Positions 20,819 through 29,858 of a stretch of DNA of 64,000 nucleotides are shown here, in pieces (within the stretch, counting starts at the first letter, position 1; every line of letters starts with the position of its first letter). The position numbers were made by a program, and so were the translations under genes. Source of the DNA: Anditalea sp. (GTDB taxonomy: Bacteria; Bacteroidota; Bacteroidia; Cytophagales; Cyclobacteriaceae); the NCBI GenBank assembly GCA_035461405.1, contig DATHVH010000323.1, forward strand, positions 1,626-65,625, read 5' to 3'. Under the pieces are notes generated by a model. The model did not search any database, had not been told where the DNA came from, and saw only the letters and a list, made by a program, of their open reading frames with translations.

Positions 20819-22204
20819 TTAAAACCTATAATCCATGACCATATTTACATTCCATAAATCAACTCGATTAATACGAAATCTATCCGGTACCGAGTGAGGA
20901 TTTTTTGCAGTTTTGTTAACCAATATAAACTTCATATCCAGCCCTTTAAGGTAACCATTAAATTTATAATCTGCTTCTGCCACAAAATGGTAATAGGATG
21001 GAACCCCATATTTGTTCAAGTGGTAATTACGTATATCGGGATTATGTACCGAGCTGGCGCCTAATGAACCCTTCCAACTTTTACCCGATGGGCTCCAATC
21101 ATACTTTGCAGTAAGTGCTATAACACCTCCATTTCCTTCAAACCTTTCTCTTGGTAGGCTGGCATAAAATCGTTCTCTCCCCCACTCACGTGGAAAAAGA
21201 AATCTACCCTTATCTGATATTCCCAAGAAATTCATGGATATACGTTGATTTTGATAATTTAGCTGCAACCTACTCCCCATTCCATATGTAACCTCATTAG
21301 GCATTATATAGGCCATATGAGAAGTTTCATTTCCTCCACTTCCGGTGGGTGTTTGATAAAAACCTTGAATACCCCAATTTAGATCAGTTTTTCCTAAATT
21401 TATTTTACCATCCGACTGTATGAAACTTGTGTTGAAAACATTTTCAGCCCAATAATTCCAAATTTCAACAGAACCAAATTGGTCCAAACTTTTTTTCATG
21501 CCCAAAATTCCTAATCCTCTGCTTTCTATATTACCTTTATATAGAGATGCCTCTCCAAACGGACTTCTTCCAAAGGGATAAACACCAAATGATTCCTCTA
21601 TCCTGTACCAGTCGACAGTCCCTCTCATAGTAACTTGGTGAAACCAACTGCTATACAAGTCCCAGCCATCATCCTTATACCGCAATGCCAAACCGCTGAA
21701 AGTATTGGGACGCATCCTGTTGTCTTGTTCGTTTAATAATGGTGAATTGACACTTTGCCTACCAAGAACAGCCTGGAATCCCCCATTAAGATAAGAAAGA
21801 TATAAATGCTCTAGTCTGTCCAAGTCTCGAGTATTCTCGAGATCATTCATATCATAGAGCAGGATTTCATAGCGGTTTATATTACCAGTCGTAGGGTCTG
21901 CAATTCTGACATTTTGTTCGAAAAGCTGAAAAACAAAGAATCCACTAAATCCTACATGAAAGCCTTTGAATGAAGGGCTGTAATAACCTATTCCAGCTCC
22001 AACCGCCATAGTAGAGTAATTTAACAAATCCCCCCTATTTCTGGTACCCATAAAGAAACTTCTTATATGGAAATCCACATCCCCGCTCTTTAATACTTCT
22101 CCTAACGTATTATTACTTCTGACACTATCCATTTCACTATGCTTTTCCTGAGCAAGGATTACTAAAGGAAAGAACAGTATTAAAATAGAAATAAGATTTT
22201 TCAT
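20819..22204 (-). CDS. Outer-membrane porin, OprD-like
   Basis: Signal peptide, LGRQSVNSPLLN-DNRMRP segment typical of OprD-like barrels, C-terminal DYRF. Confidence 0.65.
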   Translation of the reverse strand: MKNLISILILFFPLVILAQEKHSEMDSVRSNNTLGEVLKSGDVDFHIRSFFMGTRNRGDLLNYSTMAVGAGIGYYSPSFKGFHVGFSGFFVFQLFEQNVRIADPTTGNINRYEILLYDMNDLENTRDLDRLEHLYLSYLNGGFQAVLGRQSVNSPLLNEQDNRMRPNTFSGLALRYKDDGWDLYSSWFHQVTMRGTVDWYRIEESFGVYPFGRSPFGEASLYKGNIESRGLGILGMKKSLDQFGSVEIWNYWAENVFNTSFIQSDGKINLGKTDLNWGIQGFYQTPTGSGGNETSHMAYIMPNEVTYGMGSRLQLNYQNQRISMNFLGISDKGRFLFPREWGRERFYASLPRERFEGNGGVIALTAKYDWSPSGKSWKGSLGASSVHNPDIRNYHLNKYGVPSYYHFVAEADYKFNGYLKGLDMKFILVNKTAKNPHSVPDRFRINRVDLWNVNMVMDYRF

Positions 22205-22239
22205 CAGACACGAAATAACCTTTTAATTAACAGCTTTAC

Positions 22240-22255
22240 AGTGATTAATGTCACA
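22240..22255 (-). promoter_or_regulatory. CRP/FNR-type box upstream of porin
   Basis: AGTGA-ttaatg-TCACA, 21 nt from a -7-like TTATTTCG on the minus strand. Confidence 0.6.
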
Positions 22256-22273
22256 TAATCTATTTTTAAACCA

Positions 22274-22302
22274 AAAATGGCAAGATTGAATCTTGCCATT
22301 TT
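22274..22302 (-). terminator. Terminator after the MBL-rhodanese gene
   Basis: AAAATGGCAAGAT-tga-ATCTTGCCATTTT. Confidence 0.75.
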
Positions 22303-22323
22303 GATTTAGGTCAGACTACTTTT

Positions 22324-23745
22324 TTAAAGCAATGTAGAGGGGCAAACATATTCTGTCAGACTGAATTTACCGGAATCCTTAAGATCTTTAAACCCACCTT
22401 TTACATCTATTAGATTGTCGTAACCCCGTGCTTTTAAAATGGAAGCAAAGATCATAGACCTGTATCCCCCAGCGCAGTGTACATAGTAAGTCTTGTCTTT
22501 ATCCACTTGGGCCATATTCTCATTTATATAATCCAAAGCAACATTTTCTGCACCTACGATATGTTCACTCTGATATTCGCTTGTTTTTCTGACATCTAAT
22601 AAGGTTGCCCCTGGATTTGCTTCTTTTATATTTGCAAGCTCATCTACCGAGATAGAAGTAATAGTGTCAATTTCTTTTCCAGATTCTTTCCAAGTGCTAA
22701 ATCCCCCTTTCAAATAACCTAAAGTTTTATCATACCCTACACGAGCCAACCTTGTGATCACCTCTTCTTCTCTACCTTCTTCGGCTATAATTAGTAATTG
22801 CTGTTTAACATCTGGTATCAGAGTCCCTACCCAAACTGCAAAACTACCATCTATTCCAATATTAATTGAATTGGGGACGAAGCCCTTTGCAAAAACCTGT
22901 GGAGCTCTTGTGTCTAAAACTATAGCTCCAGTTTCATTGGCAGCTGCCTCAAACTCATCTGGATTTAATGCGTGCTGACCTCTTTCCAATACTTCATCAA
23001 TACTCTCGTACCCCTGTATGTTCATCATCACATTTTGAGGGAAATAAGAGGGTGGAGGTGTTAGCCCAGTAATTACCTGCCGGGTAAATTCCTCTTTACT
23101 CATTTCCTGCAAAGCATAATTAGTTTTCTTTTGGTTACCTAATGTATCAGACGTCTCTTTGCTCATATTTTTGCCACAGGCACTTCCAGCACCGTGCGCG
23201 GGATATACTATCAGGTCATCGGAGAGGGGCATTATTTTATTTCTAAGGGAATCATAAAGGTGGCCCGCCAACATATCCTGTGTAAGGTCTTTCACTACTT
23301 TCTGAGCTAGATCCGGCCTTCCTACATCGCCAATAAATAAGGTATCCCCTGTAAATAACGCCTCTTCTTTTCCCTCTTCATTGATTAATAAATATACTGA
23401 GCTTTCCATAGTATGACCAGGAGTATGGATTAATCTGATCACAGCATTTCCTATCTGAAACTCCTGTCCATCTTTTGCAATAACTGCATCAAACCCAAGC
23501 GGCATCTCTGTTGGTCCAAATACTATAGTGGCTCCTGTCTTTGAAGCCAGATCTTTATGACCTGATACGAAGTCTGCGTGGAAATGTGTTTCAAACACAT
23601 ACTTTATCTTCGCTCCATTTTTTTCCGCTTTTTCTAAGTAAGGCTTTACCTCCCTAAGCGGGTCAATGATGGCTGCTTCTCCATTGGATTCAATGTAATA
23701 TGCACCCTGGGCCAAACATCCTGTATAAATTTGTTCTATTTTCAT
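22324..23745 (-). CDS. MBL-fold persulfide dioxygenase fused to tandem rhodanese domains (CstB-like)
   Basis: ETHFHADFVSGH, HTPGHT, TGDTLFIGDVGRPDL, HGAGSACG, C-terminal CAGGYRS. Confidence 0.9.
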   Translation of the reverse strand: MKIEQIYTGCLAQGAYYIESNGEAAIIDPLREVKPYLEKAEKNGAKIKYVFETHFHADFVSGHKDLASKTGATIVFGPTEMPLGFDAVIAKDGQEFQIGNAVIRLIHTPGHTMESSVYLLINEEGKEEALFTGDTLFIGDVGRPDLAQKVVKDLTQDMLAGHLYDSLRNKIMPLSDDLIVYPAHGAGSACGKNMSKETSDTLGNQKKTNYALQEMSKEEFTRQVITGLTPPPSYFPQNVMMNIQGYESIDEVLERGQHALNPDEFEAAANETGAIVLDTRAPQVFAKGFVPNSINIGIDGSFAVWVGTLIPDVKQQLLIIAEEGREEEVITRLARVGYDKTLGYLKGGFSTWKESGKEIDTITSISVDELANIKEANPGATLLDVRKTSEYQSEHIVGAENVALDYINENMAQVDKDKTYYVHCAGGYRSMIFASILKARGYDNLIDVKGGFKDLKDSGKFSLTEYVCPSTLL

Positions 23746-23807
23746 CTTATGGTCATTTACATGTTTTAAAACTTATAATAAAATTAGCCAATTAAGTTTT
23801 CCTGCAA

Positions 23808-23823
23808 TAGGACAATTGTCACA
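23808..23823 (-). promoter_or_regulatory. CRP/FNR-type box upstream of MBL-rhodanese
   Basis: Minus strand TGTGA-caattg-TCCTA, 21 nt from -7-like TAATTTTA. Confidence 0.55.
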
Positions 23824-23827
23824 TAAG

Positions 23828-24145
23828 CTATTTAGCATGCTGTTTAACTACATTTATTAATTGGTGTGCAGGTACTACTCCAGATTGCCTCCATAATGAT
23901 TGGCCCTTTTTAAAAAGGATAAGGGTAGGAACTCCACGTACCTGATATTTATTCGCTGCATCAGGATTTTTATCAACGTCTACTTTTATGACTTTCACCT
24001 GATCCCCCAGCTGTCTCGAAACATCTTCTAAGATCGGCTGCATCGTCTTACATGGTCCGCACCACGTAGCGTAAAAATCCACAAGAACTGGTCTATCTCC
24101 TGATATTAGGTCATGAAATGATTTTGGCTTTGATGTATTTTGCAT
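23828..24145 (-). CDS. trxA: Thioredoxin
   Basis: VDFYATWCGPCK, VPTL; start placed at MQNTSK (24145) rather than the track's 24217. Confidence 0.9.
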   Translation of the reverse strand: MQNTSKPKSFHDLISGDRPVLVDFYATWCGPCKTMQPILEDVSRQLGDQVKVIKVDVDKNPDAANKYQVRGVPTLILFKKGQSLWRQSGVVPAHQLINVVKQHAK

Positions 24146-24202
24146 AGTTGTCTTTGGGTTTTTTTCAAAGTATAAATTTACGAATACTTCAATAATTAAA
24201 AC

Positions 24203-24218
24203 AGTAACAAAAGTCACT
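24203..24218 (-). promoter_or_regulatory. CRP/FNR-type box upstream of thioredoxin
   Basis: Minus strand AGTGA-cttttg-TTACT, 22 nt from -7-like TAAATTTA. Confidence 0.55.
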
Positions 24219-24343
24219 CATATATATGACTTTACATTGCACAAAAAATTTTACCATATTATCTAAAAAAAAACACCGCCGTATTCAGCAGTGTTTTTTA
24301 AATATAATATTAGAATATCTTTTACGTAAATCCTTTCAAATAC

Positions 24344-25015
24344 TTATTCTATAAAATCCTTAATTCTGGATCCCATATCCAATATTTGACTTTTAGGCAT
24401 TAAATGATGCAGTATACTACTACCTATAGCTGATCTATACCCACTGGCACAATGTACGATGATAGGTTTTTTGGTAGGTATCTCACCTATACGATCATGC
24501 AGTTCAGTTAAAGGGATATTGATGGCCTGTTTAAATGCCGGATTAGCAAGGTGTTCTTCCTTGGTACGGATATCTACAATCGTGTATTTTTTAGGTTTTT
24601 GGATAAATAAATCATAACGAAATTGGTCCATTCTCTCCCCATCTGTTCTATTGTATAAAAAAACTCCCTGAATATTATCACCATACCCTACAGATTCAGC
24701 TTTTTCTACTAATGTGGATAACCTTTCGGGCTCATCTGCTACTATAAAATATGGCGTGTGGGGATCTACCAGTTTGACGAGGAAATCCTCAAACTTTTCT
24801 TCCATAATATTGATCGCACCTAATATATGTGAATATTTGAAGCTATCTTCAGGCCGGCCATCGATGACCACTGATCCCTCCTCCGGTTCATAGTTGGTTT
24901 CTAATATGGGAATATCTTTAGGAACTACATCTTCTCTCTGCCATGCTTCTTGAGCATACGCTAACTGCCCCATAAAGAGCATATTCAAAGTCAATATATA
25001 AGTGATCGTTTTCAT
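24344..25015 (-). CDS. Exported tandem-rhodanese sulfurtransferase
   Basis: Signal peptide ending AYA-Q, first domain without a catalytic Cys (HILGAINI), second with HCASGYRS. Confidence 0.75.
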   Translation of the reverse strand: MKTITYILTLNMLFMGQLAYAQEAWQREDVVPKDIPILETNYEPEEGSVVIDGRPEDSFKYSHILGAINIMEEKFEDFLVKLVDPHTPYFIVADEPERLSTLVEKAESVGYGDNIQGVFLYNRTDGERMDQFRYDLFIQKPKKYTIVDIRTKEEHLANPAFKQAINIPLTELHDRIGEIPTKKPIIVHCASGYRSAIGSSILHHLMPKSQILDMGSRIKDFIE

Positions 25016-25186
25016 TATTTTTTCATTGGATAATAATAACTTATAGCATATTCCATTCCATAACAGAATGTCTGAAACAAAACCTCTTTAAATAGCTGCT
25101 AATTAAGTTTATAAGGCCCTCAAAAACGGGGTTAATTTGCTAAAAAATTTACTAATAGATTTGAATAAAAAAGTCCTTTAATAATA

Positions 25187-25222
25187 AAGCAAAAAGCAAG
25201 GCTATCACCTTGCTTTTTGCTT
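25187..25222 (-). terminator. Terminator of the 58-aa ORF
   Basis: AAGCAAAAAGCAAGG-ctatca-CCTTGCTTTTTGCTT, 15-bp stem overlapping the stop codon. Confidence 0.75.
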
Positions 25223-25397
25223 ATTCCTTCCCTGGATCACCTTTTGGCTTCGTTGGCTTTTCACCTCCTGATTGGTTTGGTTTTGCATAAGGATCCTGCA
25301 TAGACCCTTTTTCCGGATTCTTTTTTACATCCTCCTCATACATAGGATTTTTTTGATTTTTCTTTTCTTTATACTTTCTATTATCTGGGTTAGCCAT
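25221..25397 (-). CDS. 58-aa hydrophilic, probably disordered protein
   Basis: MANPDNRKYKEKKNQKNPMYEEDVKKNPEKGSMQDPYAKPNQSGGEKPTKPKGDPGKE; A-rich leader and own terminator. Confidence 0.7.
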   Translation of the reverse strand: MANPDNRKYKEKKNQKNPMYEEDVKKNPEKGSMQDPYAKPNQSGGEKPTKPKGDPGKE

Positions 25398-25548
25398 AAC
25401 TTAAAATTTTTTAGTGGTTTAAAGTTAATTTTCTACATTAACTAAACTCCTGAATTATCCAATGGTTTATTTATATGGATAATGACTTTATTCAAACTCA
25501 GTCTAATTGACCATATTCTTATAAATTTTAATATATACTTACCCTCTT

Positions 25549-28500
25549 CTATTCCCTAGAAGCTTCCCCCTCCTGAGCTTTTTCCTTCAATGCCTCCAGT
25601 TCTTCTTTACTGTAAGCTTTTCGAGTGATCAGCACAAATAATACAGGAACTAAAAAAATCACCAAGCAAGTCACTCCTAACATTCCTCCCAATACAGTGA
25701 CCCCAATCGTTTGCCTTGCCAAAGCACCCGCCCCAGATGCAAAGGCCAGTGGTAACACCCCTAGCATGAAAGTCATGGATGTCATAATAATAGGCCTTAA
25801 ACGTAACCTTGCCGCCTCTAAGGCCGCCTTTTTTATGGGCATCCCTTTATCCACCCTTTCCTTTGCAAACTCTACGATCAGGACGCTATCTTTGGCAGCA
25901 AGACCTACCATGACCAATAGACCAATCTGTGCGTAAACGTTATTTTCTAATTGAGGAAAAAGAAGGAGAGCTACTATAGACCCAAATACACCTGTAGGAA
26001 CTGCCAATAGTACAGAAAAAGGAACGGACCAGCTTTCATAAAGTGCAGTAAGGCATAAAAATACAAATACTATAGACAGCCCAAAAATTATATATATTTC
26101 TCCAGAAGCCCTCACCTCTTCCAGTGATAATCCGGAAAATTCATAACCGTACCCTGCAGGAAGTATTTCAGCCGCTACATCCTCAAGGGCCGCTATTGCT
26201 TCTCCTGAACTGCTTCCATCTGCAGCCTCACCACTGATAGTGGCGGACCTAAATAGGTTGAAGTGATAAATCAAAGGAGCCGTTTCTATCAGTTCCACCT
26301 CGGAAAGACTGCTCAATGGAGTAAGACCTCCTTCCGGGTTTCTTAAAAAAAATTGCCTTATTCTTTCCGGACTTTCCCTGTAAGTGCTATCGGCCTGAAC
26401 CATTACCCTAAAACTTCTACCGTAAAGCACAAAATCATTGACATAAATACTTCCCAATAAAATCTGGAGCGTTCTGTAAGCTTCTGCTATATTTATTCCC
26501 TGTCTTGAAGTCCTTTCTCTGTCCAAATTAAATTTGTATGCTGGTGTGGATGCACTGAAAAAGCTGAAAGCATTCCCAATACTTTCCTGCTCATTAGCCG
26601 ATTTTACAAATGCCTGAAGATTTTCTTCAAATTCCTTAATATCTCCTCCACTTTGTAATTCCTGAAATATAAATGTAAAACCAGATATACTTCCCAATCC
26701 AGGCAAAGCTGGTGGGGCTATAATAACTATTTCAGCTTCTGGAAGCTCCTCTGCAAGTAATTTTTGAAGACGATCACGGACAGAAAAAGCATCCTGCCCA
26801 TCCCCACTGCGGTCATCCCAAGGTTTGAGTTGAGTAAATACAGTACCGCTATTGGATTTAGTAGCAAAGTTTACAGCATTTAACCCTGTGACTGCTGAAA
26901 AGTGACCTACTTCTTCCTGTTCTTCCAAAATAGCCATTAATTTTTTAATGGTCTCCAGAGACCGGCCAGTGGAAGCTCCCTCTGGCAGCTCAAAGGTGAC
27001 AAACAATCTTCCTTCATCTTCTGTAGGTACAAATCCAGATGGTTTTAATTGAAATAGGAAAAAACTAGCCACGCATAACAAAACTAGACCAATAACAAAA
27101 TATAGGGGGTGGCCAAAGCTCCATTTTACTTTTTTGATATACTTATGCGTCATCCGGTCAAACCACCTATTGAATTTGTAAAAAAGTTTGTTCAGGCCAG
27201 TGGATTTTTCTGTGACCTCAGTAGGTTTCAGAAGTAAAGAGCATAAGGCTGGAGTTAGAGAGAGGGCCACAAATCCGGAAATAAGACCAGAAACCGCTAT
27301 GGCCATGGCAAACTGCTGGTAAAGTCTTCCCATAATACCGGGGATGAATCCCACCGGTACGAATACTGCTGCTGTTATCAGGGACATAGCGATTACCGGC
27401 CCTGAAATTTCTTTCATTGCTTTGCCCACAGCTTCTTTTGCTTTAATATTTTCCTTCTCCATGAGGGCCATGGTAGCCTCTACTACCACTATAGCATCAT
27501 CCACTACTATCCCAATGGCCAATACAAAACCAAAAAGAGTTAAGGTATTGACAGTAAAACCTAGAGGAATAAAAACAGCAAAAGTACCAATAATAGATAC
27601 CGGAATAATAAGTATAGGAATTAGAGCTGCTCTCCAGTTTTGGAGAAAAAAGAAAACAACTACAGAGACAAGTGCCAATGCTATAAATAAGGTTTTGATC
27701 ACTTCACTGATAGAGTCCTGTACCACCGTGACAGATTCAAATGGTATGATGTATTCCAAATCAGGAGGGAAGTTCAGCGCGAGCCGATCCATAGTTTCTT
27801 TAATCCCCTTTTCAGTATCTAAAATATTGCTTCCCGGTGTTTGGTATACTATCAGGTAAGCAGCTGGATGCCCATCGGTAAAGTTATTTGGAGCATAATC
27901 AAATCTACCTAATTCTACTCTGGCCACGTCTTTTAAATAAACCAGGGCATTGCTATCATCATCTGCTTTAAGTATTACCTGTTCAAACTCCTCGACCGTC
28001 TCTAGCCGGCCGTCTGTAAAAAGGCTATATTCAAAAGCTTGGTATCCTGTCTGTGGAGGAGCCCCTACCCTACCAGCAGCTACCTGTATGTTTTGATCGC
28101 CCAGCGCAGTGACTACCTCACTGGCAGTAATACCCAGCTGAGCCAATCTATCAGGCTTTAGCCAGATCCTCATACTGAAATCTTCTGCTCTGGCAAATAT
28201 ATCTCCAACTCCCTCTACCCTGAGGAGCTCATCTTTAATAAATATATTGGTATAATTACTGAGAAAATCAATACCATGAGATCCTTCTGGAGAGAACAAG
28301 GAAACAATCATCAATAAGCTTGGGTCTCGTTTCCTTATAGTAATACCAAGCCTTCTCACCTCTTCTGGCAATAGAGGTTCAGCCACGCTGATACGGTTCT
28401 GCACCTCTATCGCAGCTACATCTATATCGATACCTATCTCAAATGTGATATTAATGGTCATCCTACCTTCGCTACTGGACGTACTTTCCATATAATCCAT

Positions 28501-28725
28501 TCCAGGGGTACCGTTTATTTCCCTTTCTAAGATAGTGGTGACGGTTTGTTCTATAGTTTCAGCATCTGCACCTGTATATAAAGCAGTCACTTGAATGACG
28601 GGGGGAGTTATCTGGGGATATTGTGATACCGGAAGATCAACTATAGCCAAAATGCCCAACATAAGGATGAAGAGTGAAACTACGATAGCGGAATTTGGTC
28701 TTTTTATAAAGGTATCTGCTATCAT
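25549..28725 (-). CDS. RND efflux permease (AcrB/HAE1 family)
   Basis: FIKRP, LPVSQYP, AIGIVVDDAIVVVE, RLRPIIMTS; 1058 aa. Confidence 0.95.
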   Translation of the reverse strand: MIADTFIKRPNSAIVVSLFILMLGILAIVDLPVSQYPQITPPVIQVTALYTGADAETIEQTVTTILEREINGTPGMDYMESTSSSEGRMTINITFEIGIDIDVAAIEVQNRISVAEPLLPEEVRRLGITIRKRDPSLLMIVSLFSPEGSHGIDFLSNYTNIFIKDELLRVEGVGDIFARAEDFSMRIWLKPDRLAQLGITASEVVTALGDQNIQVAAGRVGAPPQTGYQAFEYSLFTDGRLETVEEFEQVILKADDDSNALVYLKDVARVELGRFDYAPNNFTDGHPAAYLIVYQTPGSNILDTEKGIKETMDRLALNFPPDLEYIIPFESVTVVQDSISEVIKTLFIALALVSVVVFFFLQNWRAALIPILIIPVSIIGTFAVFIPLGFTVNTLTLFGFVLAIGIVVDDAIVVVEATMALMEKENIKAKEAVGKAMKEISGPVIAMSLITAAVFVPVGFIPGIMGRLYQQFAMAIAVSGLISGFVALSLTPALCSLLLKPTEVTEKSTGLNKLFYKFNRWFDRMTHKYIKKVKWSFGHPLYFVIGLVLLCVASFFLFQLKPSGFVPTEDEGRLFVTFELPEGASTGRSLETIKKLMAILEEQEEVGHFSAVTGLNAVNFATKSNSGTVFTQLKPWDDRSGDGQDAFSVRDRLQKLLAEELPEAEIVIIAPPALPGLGSISGFTFIFQELQSGGDIKEFEENLQAFVKSANEQESIGNAFSFFSASTPAYKFNLDRERTSRQGINIAEAYRTLQILLGSIYVNDFVLYGRSFRVMVQADSTYRESPERIRQFFLRNPEGGLTPLSSLSEVELIETAPLIYHFNLFRSATISGEAADGSSSGEAIAALEDVAAEILPAGYGYEFSGLSLEEVRASGEIYIIFGLSIVFVFLCLTALYESWSVPFSVLLAVPTGVFGSIVALLLFPQLENNVYAQIGLLVMVGLAAKDSVLIVEFAKERVDKGMPIKKAALEAARLRLRPIIMTSMTFMLGVLPLAFASGAGALARQTIGVTVLGGMLGVTCLVIFLVPVLFVLITRKAYSKEELEALKEKAQEGEASRE

Positions 28726-29855
28726 CTCAATTCTGTTTTTTCCGCATTGACTGACTCTCCGTCATTTACTCTTTGTATCCCTTTTACTATTACTTTCTGC
28801 CCCTGTTCGAGACCATTTAATATCACTGTTCTGTCCCTAATATTTCTTCCTGTAGAAACTTTTACCATTCTTGCCGTATCTTCTTCTACTATAAATACGG
28901 AAAACTCCCCCATCTGCTCTATCACTGCAGCCTGCGGAATGGTCAAAACATCCTGAGGAGTTTCATCCTTTACTATCAGATTAGCACTTAGGCCCGGCCT
29001 TAAAATATTCTCTGGATTATCAAATCTCAACCTTATCTGTATAGTCCCGGTATTTCTATCTACCGCCCGATCCAATATTTCTATTTTCCCCGCATAAGGA
29101 TACATTTCCCCATCAGGTAACCTTAACAAAAAAACAGAATCCCTCTGGGCAGAGGTGCTTTCCTTTAACTGGACAAACTTCCTCAGGTATCGTTCCTCCG
29201 GATAAAAATCTACTCCTATGGGATCATCCTTAGATATGGTATTTAATAAAGTCTCACCAGGACTGACCAGTGACCCCTGTCTCACTTGTGAAAACCCTAC
29301 CGTCCCATCCAAAGGTGCATGGATGCTGGCATATTGAAGATCTATAACAGCATTTTCTAGATTTGACTGGGCAGACCTAACCTCTTGTTCAGCCGTACGT
29401 AGATTAGTAAGTGCGTCATCATATACCTGCACAGCTATAGCATCTTCTTCTTTGAGTTTTTCATACCGCTGTACATCCCTTTGTACACGTTCCAAATTAG
29501 CCTCTGCTATAGCTAATGATGAGGCGGCCTGTTTTCTCCTCGCCTCATATCTGGTTTGATCTATAGTATATAATAATTGTCCCCTTTTAACCTTTTGTCC
29601 TTCCTGCACATGAATACCGGTAACATAACCTACTACATCTGCTCTTAGCTCTATTTCCTCCAAAGCTACCACACTAGCAGGGTATTGCTGTGTAAACCTG
29701 ACATCTTCCCTGATCACCTCTGAGGTAGTGACTCTGATAGGTTGCTCTTCTTCTTCCTCCTCAGCACAGCTGCTTATCATAAGAATAACCGAGAGCACAA
29801 CACAGTATATGCTGATTTTAAGCTTTAGATTTGTATACTTTGTATTCTCTTTCAT
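28722..29855 (-). CDS. RND periplasmic adaptor (MFP), lipoprotein
   Basis: Lipobox ISSC, GQKVKRGQLLYTID, coiled hairpin, IHAPLDG. Confidence 0.9.
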   Translation of the reverse strand: MKENTKYTNLKLKISIYCVVLSVILMISSCAEEEEEEQPIRVTTSEVIREDVRFTQQYPASVVALEEIELRADVVGYVTGIHVQEGQKVKRGQLLYTIDQTRYEARRKQAASSLAIAEANLERVQRDVQRYEKLKEEDAIAVQVYDDALTNLRTAEQEVRSAQSNLENAVIDLQYASIHAPLDGTVGFSQVRQGSLVSPGETLLNTISKDDPIGVDFYPEERYLRKFVQLKESTSAQRDSVFLLRLPDGEMYPYAGKIEILDRAVDRNTGTIQIRLRFDNPENILRPGLSANLIVKDETPQDVLTIPQAAVIEQMGEFSVFIVEEDTARMVKVSTGRNIRDRTVILNGLEQGQKVIVKGIQRVNDGESVNAEKTELR

Positions 29856-29858
29856 TGA

